The notes beneath the pieces were generated by a model. The model did no database searches and was not told where the DNA came from. It saw only the letters and a program-made list of their open reading frames with translations. Below, one piece after another: positions 61,380-64,000 of a DNA stretch of 64,000 bases; the stretch's first letter is position 1; every line of letters begins with the position of its first letter. Made by a program: the position numbers and the translations under genes. Source of the DNA: Laetmonice hystrix (taxonomy: Eukaryota); contig OZ249436.1 in NCBI GenBank assembly GCA_965235115.1, forward strand, positions 31,746,001 through 31,810,000, given 5' to 3'.

Positions 61380-62250
61380 CCTAGTGGTTACAATTGGAAA
61401 CAAAAAATCGTCTGCATATCGGCATCACGTGACAGCAGTGACCCTTTCCGGTCACGCCGTCAGTCGGAGCGAGAAACTTACGCGAGCGGGTCTATCGTAA
61501 TCATTTCTCCGAGATACCGCTACAGTTTTGGATGGTGGTTGCAGAGTCTCCCGCATTTTACTGACATATACACACCGAGCAGTACAAATGGCCGCAGCTG
61601 GACTAAAATTTGCGCAAAATGGGGACGAGAAGGGGTAAGACAACTTGGCTTGTATATTCTCAAAGTCAGTGCGGCGTGTTACGAAGTGTTATGTCAACTT
61701 TCGTGTTCGCCTCACGCCGGACAGTTGGCCCGTGCTGTGACCACGCAGGACGCGTTTCATTGCGGATTTTGACCGCTCTTTGGCAGTGTGATAGGCGACA
61801 CGTAGACTAACAGTTACACTTCTGAATAGAAAACTTTAGTTCGGTGCTTGAGAAGACATTGCAGTAACTTTTTTTTCATAAAGGCCTACACGTGGGCAAA
61901 GGTAGGCGTGTCCCACGCCTGCAACTATCGGCAGTACTATCGGTTCAGCGTTGAAAGCTCGGCGGTGTTCTTGCCGCAGTGCTGCGCGTTCGAACGTGGT
62001 GACGATGACGGAGCCCCACTCGAGCGGGCGCTGTTACCAGTGTTGGCTTCAGCAAAATAATGGCCTCTCGTCCTTCATTCATTTGTCACTCGAGCAGGGT
62101 TTTCACAGGGTTTTTTTTCGAGTATAACGCAACTTATGTTAAGCTTTCTTCTCCGCGTTCATGGGAGAACGCGGAGCCAGCCTCACGGTCACCCCTCCTT
62201 GCTCCGGCTTGTCTCGGCACACTTCGCAGTTGCCGAGTTGGGGTGAGTGT
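61380..62250. promoter_or_regulatory. CpG-rich promoter/first-exon region; possible start of a plus-strand gene
   Basis: High CpG density and TCACGTGAC at 61425-61433. aaaATGG at 61619 is followed by donor G|GTAAGA at 61634, and there is a second donor G|GTGAGT at 62243. The product is not identifiable. Confidence 0.35.
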
Positions 62251-63327
62251 GACGGTCTTGTGACAGTGTGAGGCTGAGGTTCTTCAAGTTCATGGTCGTG
62301 GCGTGTTATGTGGTATCTATATTGGTAACTCATAAGATGATACTATATGAGTAGTTTTGTTGTATTTATTGAGCGTATATATTTTAATAGACATGCTCCA
62401 GGCCATATATCGCTGGCGCTGTTTGGGGAAAGGGGGGGGGGGAGGGGGGGACAAGACGATGGTTATGCTTATGGCAAATTATAAAGTCTGAAAGGCCATG
62501 ATTATGAACCGGAATCATGATGATGATGAGGTGGAGCAGCCTGGAAAATATTCACTGTGTTGCAACTTGGGCAATAATGCTTCCTTGCCGCCCCCTTTTC
62601 GCCCTGGTTGGTACCTATAGTATAGAGTACAGGGGCGGATCTAGGGTCTATATTCAGGGGGGGGGGGTCCTAGGGGGGTCCAGCATAAAAAGGGCAAATC
62701 GAGGGGGGAGGGGTCCCTTGTAAAAACAAAAGGCATTTTGGTTATAAAAAATTAAAATATAAGAAATTATTTAGAACCTGATGTTCACAAACATACCACA
62801 AGTTTAAAGATTGATAACACAAGTTGAAGAGAGTATGAAATTTGGGGTAAGTTGCAGCAGGTTTTACCCTACTGCTAAAACGTGCTACATGTGGAAATTA
62901 ATTTTATGACTGAGTCCTGGAAATTTCTCTCAAGTCCTTGAAAAATCCTTGAATAGTGCTTGAGAATTGAGGAGGAACAAGTGTATGAACCTACCAGCCT
63001 CAGTCTCTAAACTCATGAATGAGCCGACATCTGTTATTCTGTAGACTTTGTAGTGCTGCACTGGATTTAAAGGGGCATGACTGCCTCTTGGCACCATTTT
63101 TTTTTTCTCACAGAGCTTTGACCTCTGGATTACACTATTTAAACTAACACTGACGGTGACCTATACTTCCGTGAAATGACAAAAGGAAGCAAGTCCAAAA
63201 GTTCAAGTTTCGAGAAATGGACATTTATATAAAACAAGTGCTTACAGTGCAGTTGGATGGACATGCTTCCTTCTGTCATGTGACTGATAGCTTCATAGAA
63301 GGATGTTTAGCAGAAATACACCCATTG

Positions 63328-63785
63328 CAGTCCTCGACATTTTAAGCATTTTGATGTACTGGCCCACAGGGCCAGTAGAAAATGAAAGTTACTGGCCCGG
63401 GTAATTGGTCCACTGGCCCGGGTATGGGGGGTCCTTTTTCTGCGTGTCCTTGTAGCAGACGACAAGATCATCAGAGTACATGGCACAAAAAAAGTGAGCG
63501 TCCAGTCCAGTGAATCATAGCAGAAGACAGTCCCACATGCATACGGACGTAAAGTAGCAGCCTGAATTTTGAATGCACACGTTTGACATTACTACGACCT
63601 CAGTGAAAATGGACGGAGCAGAAAAGTACCTACTGATACTACCGCTAAAGATCGCGATTGTGAGAGTATTTGGTGAATATTTGGAGCATTTGAGGAGTAC
63701 AGTGTATTTGATCGTGAGAGAGATTTACGAAAGTTACTGGCCCAGTTGGGCCAGTGATTTACAAAAATTACTGGCCCGGACCATG
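63328..63785. mobile_element. Partial non-autonomous DNA transposon
   Basis: Two clusters of ACTGGCCC/GGGCCAGT subterminal motifs (about 63358-63422 and 63736-63780), the same architecture as the 44448-45306 element. The right TIR is not evident. Confidence 0.4.
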
Positions 63786-64000
63786 GAAAGTGTATCTGGC
63801 CGTTTCTGGTGGTGTGGAAAGGTCATGATTGATTCAGGAATTCTATTCTAATCTAACTAAGCAGGGGTTTAAACAATTTTTGGGGAGTTGTAGTAAAGTA
63901 AAGGTCATTATTGCCATCTCTTCATGCTTCTCTGACTTAAAGCAAAGATTGTCCATTTGTCCATTTAATTAGGGGTTGCACATGTACTAAAAAAGGAGAA

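Overview
This is eukaryotic (invertebrate metazoan-like) genomic DNA with spliceosomal introns, so most short ORFs in the track are noise. Four protein-coding genes can be read. (1) The first coding exon of a tetraspanin-like gene (minus strand, 29326-29189); its next exon was not found, implying an intron of 29 kb or more that runs off the window start. (2) A complete 22-exon PDXDC1 orthologue (minus, 46088-34197, about 922 aa). (3) An intronless-CDS MFSD6L transporter (plus, 48420-50393), head-to-head with PDXDC1. (4) A 3-exon synaptotagmin-like gene (minus, 59540-56744) lacking most Ca2+-binding aspartates. The window also holds a decayed CR1/L2-like LINE, several MITEs with identifiable terminal inverted repeats (TIRs) and target-site duplications (TSDs), and three large minisatellites plus a (CCCT)n tract. 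The most notable signals concern splicing: a U12-type (minor spliceosome) intron in PDXDC1, a 26-nt frame-shifting cassette exon that would switch the PDXDC1 tail from acidic to Arg-rich, and a candidate recursive splice site in the long tetraspanin intron. No convincing wholly novel biological system is evident. All coordinates were derived by hand and no database searches were run.
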